DNA of 64,000 nucleotides. It comes from an uncultured delta proteobacterium (lineage in GTDB: Bacteria > Desulfobacterota > Binatia > UBA9968). The first letter of the stretch is position 1, and every line of letters starts with the position of its first letter. The notes under the pieces were generated by a model, which had not been told where the DNA came from, ran no database searches, and saw nothing but the letters and a program-made list of their open reading frames with translations. A program made the translations under genes and the position numbers. Of the stretch, positions 50,410 to 60,630 are shown piece by piece. The stretch is from the NCBI GenBank assembly GCA_963804165.1, contig CAWDPO010000017.1:160001-224000 (forward strand). Reading direction: 5' to 3'.

Positions 50410-51411
50410 ATGAAAGGCATCATCGTCATTATCGCTGCGGCGCTCCACTTCTCGCTCGGATCAGTCGTTTCAGCGCAGGGTGCTGAGCCAGTCAAAGTTC
50501 TAATCGCGCACGGCGCCATCAGCAGTAACGTGGAGCCGTTGTGGATCGCCAAGGAGCAGGGGATCTTTCGTAAATACGGCATCGACGCTGAGCTGGTTTT
50601 CATCATTGCCGGCCGGGCGATGCAGGCGATGTTGGCGGGGCAAGTGCCGGTGGGCCTGGTCGGCGCAACCCATGTCGTAAACTCGAACACCGGCGGCGGC
50701 GACTTCACGATGATTCTCGGGCTGCAGAACTCGCTCGATTATCTTTTCATCGCGCGGCCGAACATCAAGAGCGCCGAAGATCTCAAAGGTAAAAAGATCG
50801 CGATCGGGACTCCGTCCGGCTCCGCGTCGCTTGCGACCTACGTAGCGCTCGACTATCTCGGATTGAATCCGCGACGCGATAACATTGTCCTGCTCGGTAT
50901 CGGCGGGGTTCCGGAACGGCTCAGCGCTTTACGCGCCGGTAGCGTCGAGGCGACCAGCCTTTCACCGGAATTCGGCCAAGTGGTGGTCAGCGAGGGCTAT
51001 CGCGTATTGCTGAACACCTCGAAAGAGAACGTGCCGTTTCAGTCGTCCGGTATGGTCGTTTCTCGCAACATGATGAAGTCGAATCCCCTGCTGGTCGAAA
51101 ATATCGCCAAGGCGACGATCGAAGGTGTTGCATTTGTGCACAAACCTTCGAACAAGGAGATCGTTCTCAAAAGCTTGGCGCGCAATCTTCGGCTAAGCAA
51201 GCAAGAGCAGGTGGAAAAGGCATATCAAATCATGGTCGCGGAGCTCCCGAAAAAGCCGTGTCCGACGATGGATGGCGTAACTTCCGTCATTAAACTCATG
51301 GCGCAACATGGCCTCAATGCAAGAGCATCGCAGATCAAAGCGGAAGACATCGCGGACTTGGGATTATGCAGAAAATTGGATGAGAGCGGATTTTTTAGAA
51401 GTCTGTATTAG
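50410..51411 (+). CDS. NMT1/THI5-family SBP
   Basis: Signal peptide; PLWIAKEQGIFRKYG and EDLKGKKIAIG. Confidence 0.9.
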   Translation: MKGIIVIIAAALHFSLGSVVSAQGAEPVKVLIAHGAISSNVEPLWIAKEQGIFRKYGIDAELVFIIAGRAMQAMLAGQVPVGLVGATHVVNSNTGGGDFTMILGLQNSLDYLFIARPNIKSAEDLKGKKIAIGTPSGSASLATYVALDYLGLNPRRDNIVLLGIGGVPERLSALRAGSVEATSLSPEFGQVVVSEGYRVLLNTSKENVPFQSSGMVVSRNMMKSNPLLVENIAKATIEGVAFVHKPSNKEIVLKSLARNLRLSKQEQVEKAYQIMVAELPKKPCPTMDGVTSVIKLMAQHGLNARASQIKAEDIADLGLCRKLDESGFFRSLY

Positions 51412-51442
51412 ATGATGGAGTGATGGAGTACTGAAAGGCTGG

Positions 51443-52278
51443 GTGAATGAAGTGAAATCACCTTTGGATGGACAGACGGCGCTAATGCCGGATGAGTTTA
51501 TCGCGGCGATCTGGCTGGAGCGGCGGCGCTACGTGCGCGAAGGCCGGATCAAGCAGCCGCACCCCTGGCGGGTTGCGTTGAGCCAAGGACAAGTGTCACG
51601 CCAGGCCCTCATCGAATATGTGAAGAACCGGTATTACTTCCTCGCTAACATCAATAGGAAAGACGCGCAGGTGATCGCCAATTGTCCGATTTCAGACGCG
51701 CGCCGCATGCTGTTGAGGAAATACATCGACGAAGAAGGGCAGGACGTCGCCGGCGGACCGCTGGGACCGCACTATGACATGTGGCTCAAGGTTTCGGATG
51801 CACTCGGTGTTCCGCGTGAGGTAATGCAGAGCTTCGCAGACGTTTTGCCAGTTTACCGCTACACGGTGGATGCCGTTTTTAATTTCGCCAAATCGCAAAC
51901 ATGGATTGAAGGGGTCGCCGCGACCTACGCCACCGAAGGGCGAATGTGGAAACGCTATACGCCTAAAGCAAGAACATAAAGAAGACGGACTGTTGAATGA
52001 AGGCGAGGCGCTGAAGCGTCATTATGGGCTATCCGAATGACGCGCTGCTGTTTTATCATGTGCACAGCGATGCCAACGACGAGCACGGCGATATCAACGA
52101 AGCGATTCTGAAGGCGCATTGCACGACCGCCGAGCTTCAGGAAAAGGCGTTGGCTGCCGCGCGTTTTCGCTGGGAGAATCAGGAAACGCGCAGCGATATT
52201 ATTTGCCGTTACTTTGTGCTTGGAGAGAAGTCAGCGAAATTGCAGGAAGGAAATTCGAGTAACCCCGACTCTAACTGA
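51443..52278 (+). CDS. PqqC/CADD/TenA-like heme-oxygenase-fold protein (indel near 51960)
   Basis: HPW, NRYYF..INRKDA..IANCP, DEEG..H..MWL, WIEGVAATYATE, then FYHVHSDANDEHG in the next frame. Confidence 0.8.
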
Positions 52279-52307
52279 ATTCTGCGGAAGGGCGACCTCT
52301 GCCAATT

Positions 52308-53339
52308 ATGACTGATCATCGAAATAATATGCTCGTTTTGCTGTTCGGCTTTTTCGCGATGATCGTTCCGTTCCATGGGGCGCGAGCCCAGCAGTTGGAG
52401 ACGCTCAATGTCTCCTACGCATCGGTCACCGGCAGTCGGTTACCGTTGTGGGTCGCCAAGGAAGCCGGGCTGTTCGAAAAGTACGGCCTCAACGTGAATT
52501 TGGTGGTCATCGCGGCCGGGGCGGCGGCGATGGGCGCATTGGCGGGCGGCGACGTGCAGATTCTCGGTGCGCCGGGAGCGACGACAATGGTTTCGGCGGC
52601 GCGAGGCCTTCCGGTGACCATCATCGGCACGTTCGGTCCCGGCTCTTGGAAGTTGGCAACCCATCCCGCGATCACCACTGTGCAGGACCTCAGAGGCAAA
52701 ACGGTCGGCATCAGCCGTCTTGGAACCAGCATCGAGTTTCCACCAGAAGGGCGTTGCTCAAGCTGGGACTTACGCCCGGCAAGGATGTCAACATTCTCGC
52801 CACCGGTTTGGCGTGAATCGAACAAGCGCATCTTGATCATGTTGCAGGGCAAGATCGACGCGACGTTGATCAGCGCAGACAATCTCGTCGAAGCGGAAAC
52901 CAAAGGTTTGAAAGTCAATGTTCTCGCGGACCTGAACGAGATGGGGATCTTTACGAGTGCAAGCGATCTGTCGGCGCGGCGCGATTTTCTCAAGAACCAG
53001 CGCCAGCGCGCGCGAGCTTTCATGATGGCCTACTCGGAAGCGATTTGGGTTGGCAAGACCAACAAAAACGTGGCCCTGGGGAGTTTTCGCAGATATTTGA
53101 AAGAGCAGGATCCGCGCCGCCTTGAAGCGCTTTATAAAAGTTATGCCGTTGACGGCCCGCCGTTGAAGCCCTATCCGATGGAGGAAGCGATCCAAAATGA
53201 GCTCGAAAATCTAACCCCGACGGTACCGGAGCTGCGCGGCAAACGCGCTGCAGATTTCGTCGATAAGAGCATTCTCACCGAGATGGAGCGCGAGGGATTC
53301 TTTACTCAACTCACGACCAAATACGGCAAACTGCAATAA
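52308..53339 (+). CDS. NMT1/THI5-family SBP (compensating indels at about 52740-52815)
   Basis: SBP motifs; the alternative frame restores RRALLKLGLTPGKDVNILATG. Confidence 0.85.
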   Translation: MTDHRNNMLVLLFGFFAMIVPFHGARAQQLETLNVSYASVTGSRLPLWVAKEAGLFEKYGLNVNLVVIAAGAAAMGALAGGDVQILGAPGATTMVSAARGLPVTIIGTFGPGSWKLATHPAITTVQDLRGKTVGISRLGTSIEFPPEGRCSSWDLRPARMSTFSPPVWRESNKRILIMLQGKIDATLISADNLVEAETKGLKVNVLADLNEMGIFTSASDLSARRDFLKNQRQRARAFMMAYSEAIWVGKTNKNVALGSFRRYLKEQDPRRLEALYKSYAVDGPPLKPYPMEEAIQNELENLTPTVPELRGKRAADFVDKSILTEMEREGFFTQLTTKYGKLQ

Positions 53340-53360
53340 CACGTTTCTCGACGTGGTGGG

Positions 53361-54637
53361 TCACGGCGCGCGCGGTGTCATGAGTTGTATCGCCACAGCT
53401 GCGGGATCGCTATGCAGATCGCCCAGAATCATGATGAAGCAGAGCGCGCTGCCGACGAGTAAGCGCGTTCGGCGCGCCCATATACTGTGCGGCTGATTCC
53501 CGCGAGCAAGCGCGCCCAGACCGTTGGTCGTCTGCGCGAAGACGGTGATCAGGCTCGCTGCCCGGCCGAGCATGCCGTCCGGCGCCAGGAGCTGAACCAC
53601 CGTGCGCCGGATTGCGACGCTGATAGAGTCGGCAAATCCCAAAATCAGAACCGCCACGACCGCCATCCAGAACCATTGTGAGATTCCCAATAACGCCAGA
53701 CCGCCGGCGAAGAAAAGCGCCGCCACGATGACGAGCACGCCTTTGCGTTGGACATCGCCGGCCATAAGCAGCGCGGTCGTGCCGAGTAGAGACCCCGCGG
53801 ATGGCGCCGCATAGAGCAGACCGAGCCCGGATGCTCCAGTCTTGAACACATCCGCGGCAAAGATCGGCAGAATCGGCCGGTAGAAACCGACGAGAACGAC
53901 GGCGAAGTCGAGAAGGAAAAGAGAAAGAATTATGCGCTGAATCCAAATGAACTCGATGCCTTCGACGATGCTTTTCAAGTTGACGCGCCGGCGCACGCCT
54001 TCGATTTTTCCCGACGCGCGCACGGACACGATGGCGATGGCCGCGGGCACGAAGAGCAGCGTGCTGGCGAAATAGGCCATGGCCAGACCGCCGTGGTCGA
54101 TCAAGAAGTCCGCCGATGGCGGGCCCGACGAGAAAACTCGTCTGCAGGATCATGGTGTTGACGACCATGGCATTCATCAGCAATCTCTGCGGCACCAGAC
54201 GCGGAATCAGCGCGGCGCGCGCCGGCCAATTGAATACTTCGACAAATGCGCCGAGAAGTCCGAGGGCATAGATATGCCAAACTTGCGTGACGCCCGTCAG
54301 CGCGAGAATGCCCAGACAACAGGTTCGGAATAATCTGCAGCGAGATCGTCGCCACGAGCAGCTTTTTCCGATCGAACGCATCGGCCACTGCGCCGGCGAA
54401 AAGACCGAAAATGATAAACGGCAAGGTTTCGAGAAAACCCGTGAGGCCGAGCTTAAACGCCGAGCCGGAAATGTCATAGACCTGATAGAGCGTGGAGACA
54501 TTGCGGATCTGCCCGGCAAGGGAGCTCAGCACGCTGGCGATCCACAGCAGTCGATAGTCGCGAATCAGCAGCGACGACCAGGGGCGAATGGGCAGTTCCT
54601 GATGCGGGCCGGAATTTATATCAGCGGAGTTAGCCAA
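53361..54637 (-). CDS. MFS transporter (MFS_3/EntS-like), several apparent indels
   Basis: RDYRLLW, GAVADAFDRKK and PARAALIP in three overlapping ORFs. Confidence 0.8.
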
Positions 54638-54671
54638 CGAGATGAAAGCGGACGGACCGAGATTGTTCGGA

Positions 54672-55055
54672 CTAGTTATAGCGTGTGAGAAGAGAAAATG
54701 CGATAGGGTGGGCGTCGAGGCGGTAATTCTTCGAAGAGATCATCCGCCTCGCGCCGACTACGGAGTTAGCGGGAAGCTGCTTGGGGCTGTCTTCGAGCAC
54801 GCCGCGCTCGTCGGCTTGCGCGAGCACCGCTTCGATGGTTTGGACGAGTTTGCGCGCGGCTTCGATGCTCAATTCGACGGCCACCCGCGCTCCCGGACCG
54901 GCGGCTTCGTTGACGAAGTCGATATTGAGCGCGTGTTCAAGGGGCATGTCATATGGATGATCGTACGACACGTTGGCTTCGCGCACCTCAAACCAATCCT
55001 GTCCGCTCTTTCCCCGCCCTGCGATCTTTGCTTGATGAGCAATCATCGTGCACAT
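54672..55055 (-). CDS. DUF6295-like protein
   Basis: MCT..., YDHP...EHALNIDF and RVAVELS motifs; AAGGAG RBS. Confidence 0.7.
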   Translation of the reverse strand: MCTMIAHQAKIAGRGKSGQDWFEVREANVSYDHPYDMPLEHALNIDFVNEAAGPGARVAVELSIEAARKLVQTIEAVLAQADERGVLEDSPKQLPANSVVGARRMISSKNYRLDAHPIAFSLLTRYN

Positions 55056-55076
55056 GGTTGAGCTCCTTTGAGTCTT

Positions 55077-55834
55077 TTACTTGAGAGTTTTCTCGCAGAA
55101 AGGCGAGCACCTTTTTCCAGCCGTCGACCGCCTGTTCTTGACGATACGCCGGACGATCGTAATAGAAAAAACCGTGGCCTGCGCCGTCGTAGCGGTGGAA
55201 CTCGTAGTTCTTGCCGTGTTTCTTGAGCTCCGCTTCGTGCAGGTTGACTTGTTCCGGCGACGGCGATTTGTCGTCGTTGCCGAATATGCCGATCATCGGG
55301 CAAGGAAGATCTTTCGTATAGTCGATGGGCGCCACCGGCTGCTTGGGCGTAAGCTCTTCCTTCGACTTGAACTACACGACCGCCCCAGCACTCGACCAAC
55401 GCGTCGAAGTTCTTATTCTTGCACGCGGCGAGAAAACCGTGACGGCCGCCGGAGCAAGTGCCGAACACACCGACTTTCCCGCTCACATAGGGCAGCGAAC
55501 GCAGCAGCTTGTTGGCGCCGTCCAGATCGCCGAGCACCTGTTCATCGGGGATGCCGCCGCCGGCACGCACTTTGGCGCCGACGTCTTCCGGCGTGCCGTG
55601 GCCGTCGCGGAAATAGAGATTGGGCGAAATCGCGACATAGCCATGATGGGCGAATCTGCGGGCGCATTCACGATACCATTCGTCCCAGCCCGGGGCGTGG
55701 TGAATGACGACCATTCCCGGAAACGGACCTGAGCCGAGCGGCCGGGCGACATAGGCGTTGATCGTATCGCCTTTGTGTCCTTGCATGGCGATGGTTTCAG
55801 CGATCATGCCTTCGTATTGGTTGGTTTGATACAT
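55077..55834 (-). CDS. Dienelactone hydrolase family protein (indels)
   Basis: GTCSGG nucleophile motif, FGNDD and YDGAGHGFF; ATG at 55834. Confidence 0.88.
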
Positions 55835-56166
55835 TTTCCTTTCCTCCTTCGCATTGTTCTGGAATGGATTAGCCCTCTTAATACAAAACCTACCGCGGGC
55901 GCAACTGCTTTGCCGGCTGTCGCGCGCTAATAAAAAGGGGGGTTGCGCGGGGCTGGGGAAGTGGGGTAGGCTTTTTCTACTCATCAGTATGGGGCCTTCT
56001 GATAGTGATGAAGAATAACAGTTGAAGGTCTAGGGCGTCTTACCTTGCGATTCGTTGCCACGCGGATAATCCGACCAGAGCGTGTCTCGCTTTTTCCATG
56101 TTCTGCTTCCAGCGGTGATCAGGTTCTCAGGGAAAAGACCATAACGATTCTCATGAAGGAGAGAAG

Positions 56167-56499
56167 ATGAGCAGTAAAATTTACGTGGGTGGATTGCCGT
56201 ATGCGACCACCGATGCGCAACTTCAGGAAATCTTTTCGGCGCACGGGGCGGTAGAGTCAGCGCGAGTGATTACCGACAAGTTCACGGGCCGTTCTCGCGG
56301 CTTTGGCTTTGTCGAAATGGTCAACGCCGATGAGGCGCAGAAAGCGATCCAGGCACTGAACGGCACGGATCTGGACGGGCGTAATCTCACGGTGAACGAA
56401 GCGCGGCCGCAAGAAAGGCGGACCGGCGGTTTCGGCGATCGCGGCGGTGAACGCCGTGGCGGTGGCGGTGGTGGTGGCGGCGGGCGTAATCGCTGGTAG
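56167..56499 (+). CDS. RRM RNA-binding protein with Gly-rich tail
   Basis: IYVGGL (RNP2), RGFGFVEM (RNP1) and LTVNEARP. Confidence 0.95.
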   Translation: MSSKIYVGGLPYATTDAQLQEIFSAHGAVESARVITDKFTGRSRGFGFVEMVNADEAQKAIQALNGTDLDGRNLTVNEARPQERRTGGFGDRGGERRGGGGGGGGGRNRW

Positions 56500-56530
56500 T
56501 TTTTGAATTAATCTACAGTTAATCTAAAGA

Positions 56531-56562
56531 AAGGGGCGCTAGGTCGGGGCGCCCCTTTTTTT
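56531..56562 (+). terminator. Rho-independent terminator
   Basis: AAGGGGCGC-loop-GCGCCCCTT followed by a T run. Confidence 0.85.
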
Positions 56563-56612
56563 ATCGGGCGCGAAGAATCGCGTTCACGCATTCCAGTCTT
56601 AAGCTTCGTCGA

Positions 56613-57183
56613 ATGGCTGAAGTAATGCCTCCATGACTTGCCCTTGTTGGATGTGAAGGGCAATCCGCGTCAAGACTCACCGAGCATTTTGAGAAGTACG
56701 TTGCTGCTGATTTTTCTGCGGCACCTCGCTTGACTGCCATGCCAAGCTCATCTCGGCGAGGTGAATACATTCAAGCCCGAATTCGATCGCCGTGGCGTTA
56801 CCGTCGTCGCGGTTTCTTTCGCCGAGCCGGCGAAGCTCGCTCATTATCAAGAACAGCACCGATGGCCGTTCAAACTGCTCGCCGATCCTGAGCGCAATGC
56901 TTATGAGGCGTTCAATTTAAAACGGCTGTCGTGGTTTCGAGTCTTTTCGCCGGCAACCGTTGAGCGCTGTATTTCAAATTACTGCGACGAGGGATGACGC
57001 GAGAGGCTTATGGCGGCGAAGACATCTATCAATCCGGCGGCGATTTTCTACTCGATCGCGAAGGAAATATTCTGTTCGCCCATCGCAGTCAGGATCCGGC
57101 GCGATCGTCCGGCGCCGGGAAGGTTGCTGCAGGAAATAGATCGCGTCATGTCCATGCGGAGCGAATTGCCAATCGCCCGATAG
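56613..57183 (+). CDS. AhpC/TSA-like (peroxiredoxin-like) selenoprotein, UxxC motif; several indels
   Basis: In frame: LLIFLRHLA-TGA(56731)-LPCQAHL..., then LLADPERNAYEAF and YQSGGDFLLDREG. Confidence 0.75.
56748..56764 (+). promoter_or_regulatory. Putative bacterial SECIS hairpin
   Basis: TCATCTC-GGC-GAGGTGA stem-loop with a G-led loop about 21 nt after the UGA. Confidence 0.55.
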
Positions 57184-57185
57184 AA

Positions 57186-58782
57186 TCACGGGACTCGATC
57201 TGGCATTTCAATAAACGCTCGGCAAGGGGTTTCGTTTATTTCGTTTTCAAATAAGCCGTTTTTCAGTTGCACTTTTTCATCCGGCGGCGCTGTCCAGACG
57301 AGATCGGCGCGATAAGCGTAAATGTCCATGGCATTCCACAGCGGCACGGCCGGAGCGTCGTCCAAAATTATTTTGTGCGCCTCCCAAAGTAGTTTTTCGC
57401 GCTTTTTGACGTCGAAGGTGAGTTGCTGCGCTTCGAGGATCTCGTCGAGCTTCGGATTGCTGTAGCCCAAGGTTCGCCGGGTCATGCCGGTTCTAAAATA
57501 CTGCTGGAACAGCGTGTCGGCATCGGTGAGGCTGCCCCGGCCGGTCAGGTAAATGGGATATTTGCCGTTCTTGTAGTCGGTGTTGAAGATGCTCCACTCG
57601 GGCGTTTTAAGATTCGCCTTGATGCCGACCTTGGAAAGCTGCTCGACGATAACCTGGGCGACTTCGCGATCTTTTGGGTATCGGCCGGTCGGGCTGTAGT
57701 AATCGATCTCGAATCCATTCGGAAATCCCGCTTCGGTCAGCAGCTGTTTCGCTTTCTCCGGATCATAGGGAAAAGCTTTTGCGCTCGGCTCATAGCCGAA
57801 ACACTTGCGGACTCAAAAGGCCGCTCAACGGATAGGCATTGCCTTCGAGAATGTGCTTGATGATTCTATCGCGGTCGATGGCGTGGGTGATGGCGCGGCG
57901 AACTTTTACATTTTCCAGCGGTTTATAGGCCGGGCTCAGCACGAGGAAAATCGGGCGCAGGCCCTGCACCTGCTGGATGCGTAGTCGTGGATTGGATTTC
58001 AGCCGCGCAACTTCGTGGGGCGGAATGTTGCTGATAATGTCGGCTTGCCCGGCCTCGAGCGCTGCGATGCGCGCGGCGTCCTCCTGAATCGCTTTGTAAA
58101 TGACTTCGTCGATCTTCGGCGCCTGGCCCCAATAACTTTCATTGCGACGGATGACGAACTGGCCGCTGCGTTCCCAACTGGTAAACTTGAAAGGGCCAGT
58201 GCCGATCGGGCGATTGTCGGCTTCGCCCATCTTTTCCGCCGTCGACTGTTTCATGATTACGCGACTGTTGATGTCTTCCAGAGCGTTCGCATCAGCTTTC
58301 TTAAGCGTCAGGAGGACCGTGTGATCGTCGGGCGCGTTCATTTCGCCGATGTTTTGCAGATTGGGCGCCTGAAGACTCTGTTTGTCGGTGAGAATGCGCT
58401 TGAACGAAGCGACCACGTCTCTGCTCGTGAACGGCGTGCCGTCATGAAAACGCACGTCTTTGCGCAGTTTGAACTCAAGCTTTGTGCCTTTCATCTGCCA
58501 GGATTCCGCCAGCACGCCGCGGTAGCCGCGTTTTTCGTAGTCGGCGTCGATCAGCGATTCCATGACCGACCCCCAGGCCGCTTGTAGCGGCGAGGTGTTG
58601 ACCGCATAGGGATTCAAAGAATAAACGCCGACACCATGAGCGATGGTGACGCGGGATCGGGATGAGGACTGCGCCTTGGCCGATCGCGCGAGCGTAAAAG
58701 GAGCGAGAGCAAATAGGGCGCCTGTCGCAGCGGATCTTTTGAGAAACTCCCGCCGACTCGGTTGGCTATGCTTCTTGTTCAC
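57186..58782 (-). CDS. ABC peptide/nickel (family 5) substrate-binding protein, Tat signal; indels
   Basis: SRREFLK, LAESW, LRKDVRFHDGTPFT, PIGTGPF and VRRAITHAIDR; C-terminus lies in other frames. Confidence 0.85.
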
Positions 58783-58957
58783 TGGAACCTCCTCCAAACT
58801 GAAGTGAGCGCCGGACTTTACCCGCGGAGTAAAAAGGGGAATTCAACTGCAAGGCATATAACGCGGCACAGCATGCGCTGTCAATTGATCTTGACAGCGA
58901 GTCTCCCACGGAACTAGATAGTCATGGAGTCGAAACTGGATTTTTGCAGGAGGATGG

Positions 58958-60281
58958 ATGGCGAAGATCATCGACGGTCTGGTTGAATATATGATGGCCT
59001 CCCGGTCGGCGAAACTGCCGCCGGAAGTGGTTCAAAAAGGCAAGAGTCATCTGCTCGATTCGCTCGCCGCTGTGGTTTCGGGTTCGACGTTGAAGCCCGG
59101 CAAGCTCGGATTGCAACACGCGCGCGCGCAAGGAGGCAAGGTAGAATGCAGCGTGCTCGGAACAAATCTAAAGACCACGCCGATCTTCGCGGCATTCGCC
59201 AACGGCATGTCCGGTCATGCCGATGAAACCGATGATTCGAACAGTCAACTCCATCCGGGTTGCGCGATCGTGCCGGCGGCGTTGGCCACGGCCGAGTCGC
59301 GGGATCGCGGCGGTGATGAACTTCTTCGCGCCGTGGTTCTCGGCTACGACATCGGTTTCCGTTTTCACCAGGCGTTTGCGCCGCGATCGACCAGCTTCGG
59401 CGCGACGTTTGGTTGCGCCGCAGCCGCTGGCACACTGGCGGAACTGGACGATCTGCAGCTGCGCTATCTCATTTCCTACGCCGCGCAACAGGCTTCGGGG
59501 TCGCGGGCGTGGGTGGGCGACGACGATCACATCGAAAAAGCCTTCGACTACGCGGCCATGCCAGCGCGCAATGGCGTAACCGCCGCGCTCTTGATCCGAT
59601 CCGGCTTCACGGGCAATCGCGACGTGCTCGAAGGCGATCAAGGTATTGTCAAGACGTACGCGCCGTGCGATCCGGCCATAGATACTGAGCGAGCTTGGTC
59701 AAAGATTCACGATTACCAGTTGCTTGATCAAGAAATATCCCGTGGGTTCGCCGATGATGGAAACGGTCGACGCCACGCTGGCTCTGCTTTCCAAGCAAGC
59801 CATTCAGCCCGAGCAAATCGAAAAAGTGATCGTGCGCATACCCGAGAGCGGCGCACGCACAGTGAACAACCGTCATATGCCCGACGTCAACGTTCAGTAC
59901 ATGGTCGCGGCGATCCTGCTTGAAGGCAAGCTCACGTTCGAAACCGCGCACGACTACGAACGCTTTCAAAATCCGCGGGTATTGGCGTTGAAGGAGAAAG
60001 TGGAGTTGATCGGTGATAAGGAGATGGAAGGCACCGGCCATCGGTTTCAAGGGCTTGTCGAAGTTACCTTGAAAGACGGCCGAACCTTGCGCGAGCACGT
60101 AATCGATTGCCGCGGTCGACCGGAGAACCCGATGAGCCCCGAGGAAGTTGAAAAGAAAGCGGCATGGTTGATGGAACCGATCTTGGGTAAAAAGAATGTC
60201 GATCAGATCATTGATTCAATCCGGCAAATTGAATTTGTGACTAACGTCCGTGATTTGACGAAACTCATGACGATGGCGTGA
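58958..60281 (+). CDS. MmgE/PrpD family protein (indel near 59680-59720)
   Basis: NGMSGHADETDD, HPGCAIVPAAL, KKYPVG and GRPENPMS motifs. Confidence 0.88.
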
Positions 60282-60308
60282 CCCATCCACCAATTCCTTC
60301 CCCCATGG

Positions 60309-60415
60309 GAGACTGTGTCGCAATGCTACAAATCATCTGGATGTCATGCTGAGCGCGAGCGAAGCATCTGTTTTTCCGACACCTTACGAAAAGCAGATTC
60401 TTCGCCTGCGGCTCA
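60309..60415. repeat. Left part of a REP/MITE-like element interrupted by the IS110
   Basis: Rejoining with 61733-61755 restores TGTCATGCTGAG...CTCAGAATGACA and an outer IR GAGACTGTGTCGCAATG / CATTGCAAAACAGTCTC (15/17). Confidence 0.75.
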
Positions 60416-60630
60416 TCTATGAAAGCTTTGTCAAGGTATCTGTTAGTCACATATTGTTTTTTCTTCTCATGGTTTCGAATACACCAGTACTTATCGTCCG
60501 TGGCAAAGCGTACCCGATGTTATCGGACTCATCTATTCGCCGTCTAAAGCGGCAGAGAAAAATGCCACAGGGCTGTCGCAATCAGAATTCGGGTCTCAGT
60601 GGACCCATGAGCCGCGCGCGCTTAGCCCTG
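60416..60630 (-). ncRNA. Predicted bridge/seek RNA of the IS1111-type element
   Basis: Two stem-loops carrying guide matches to the target (GCGGCTCA, ATTCTGA) and the donor junction (ATAGATGA). Confidence 0.75.

Noticed and set aside
51443-52278. PQQ biosynthesis locus
   Set aside because: No pqqA, B, D or E nearby, and the residue pattern differs from canonical PqqC
55985-56166. Riboswitch in the long leader of the RRM gene
   Set aside because: Some pairing is possible but no recognisable riboswitch consensus; cannot be supported without an Rfam search
56455-56485. GGT/GGC triplet repeat
   Set aside because: Simply encodes the Gly-rich tail of the RRM protein
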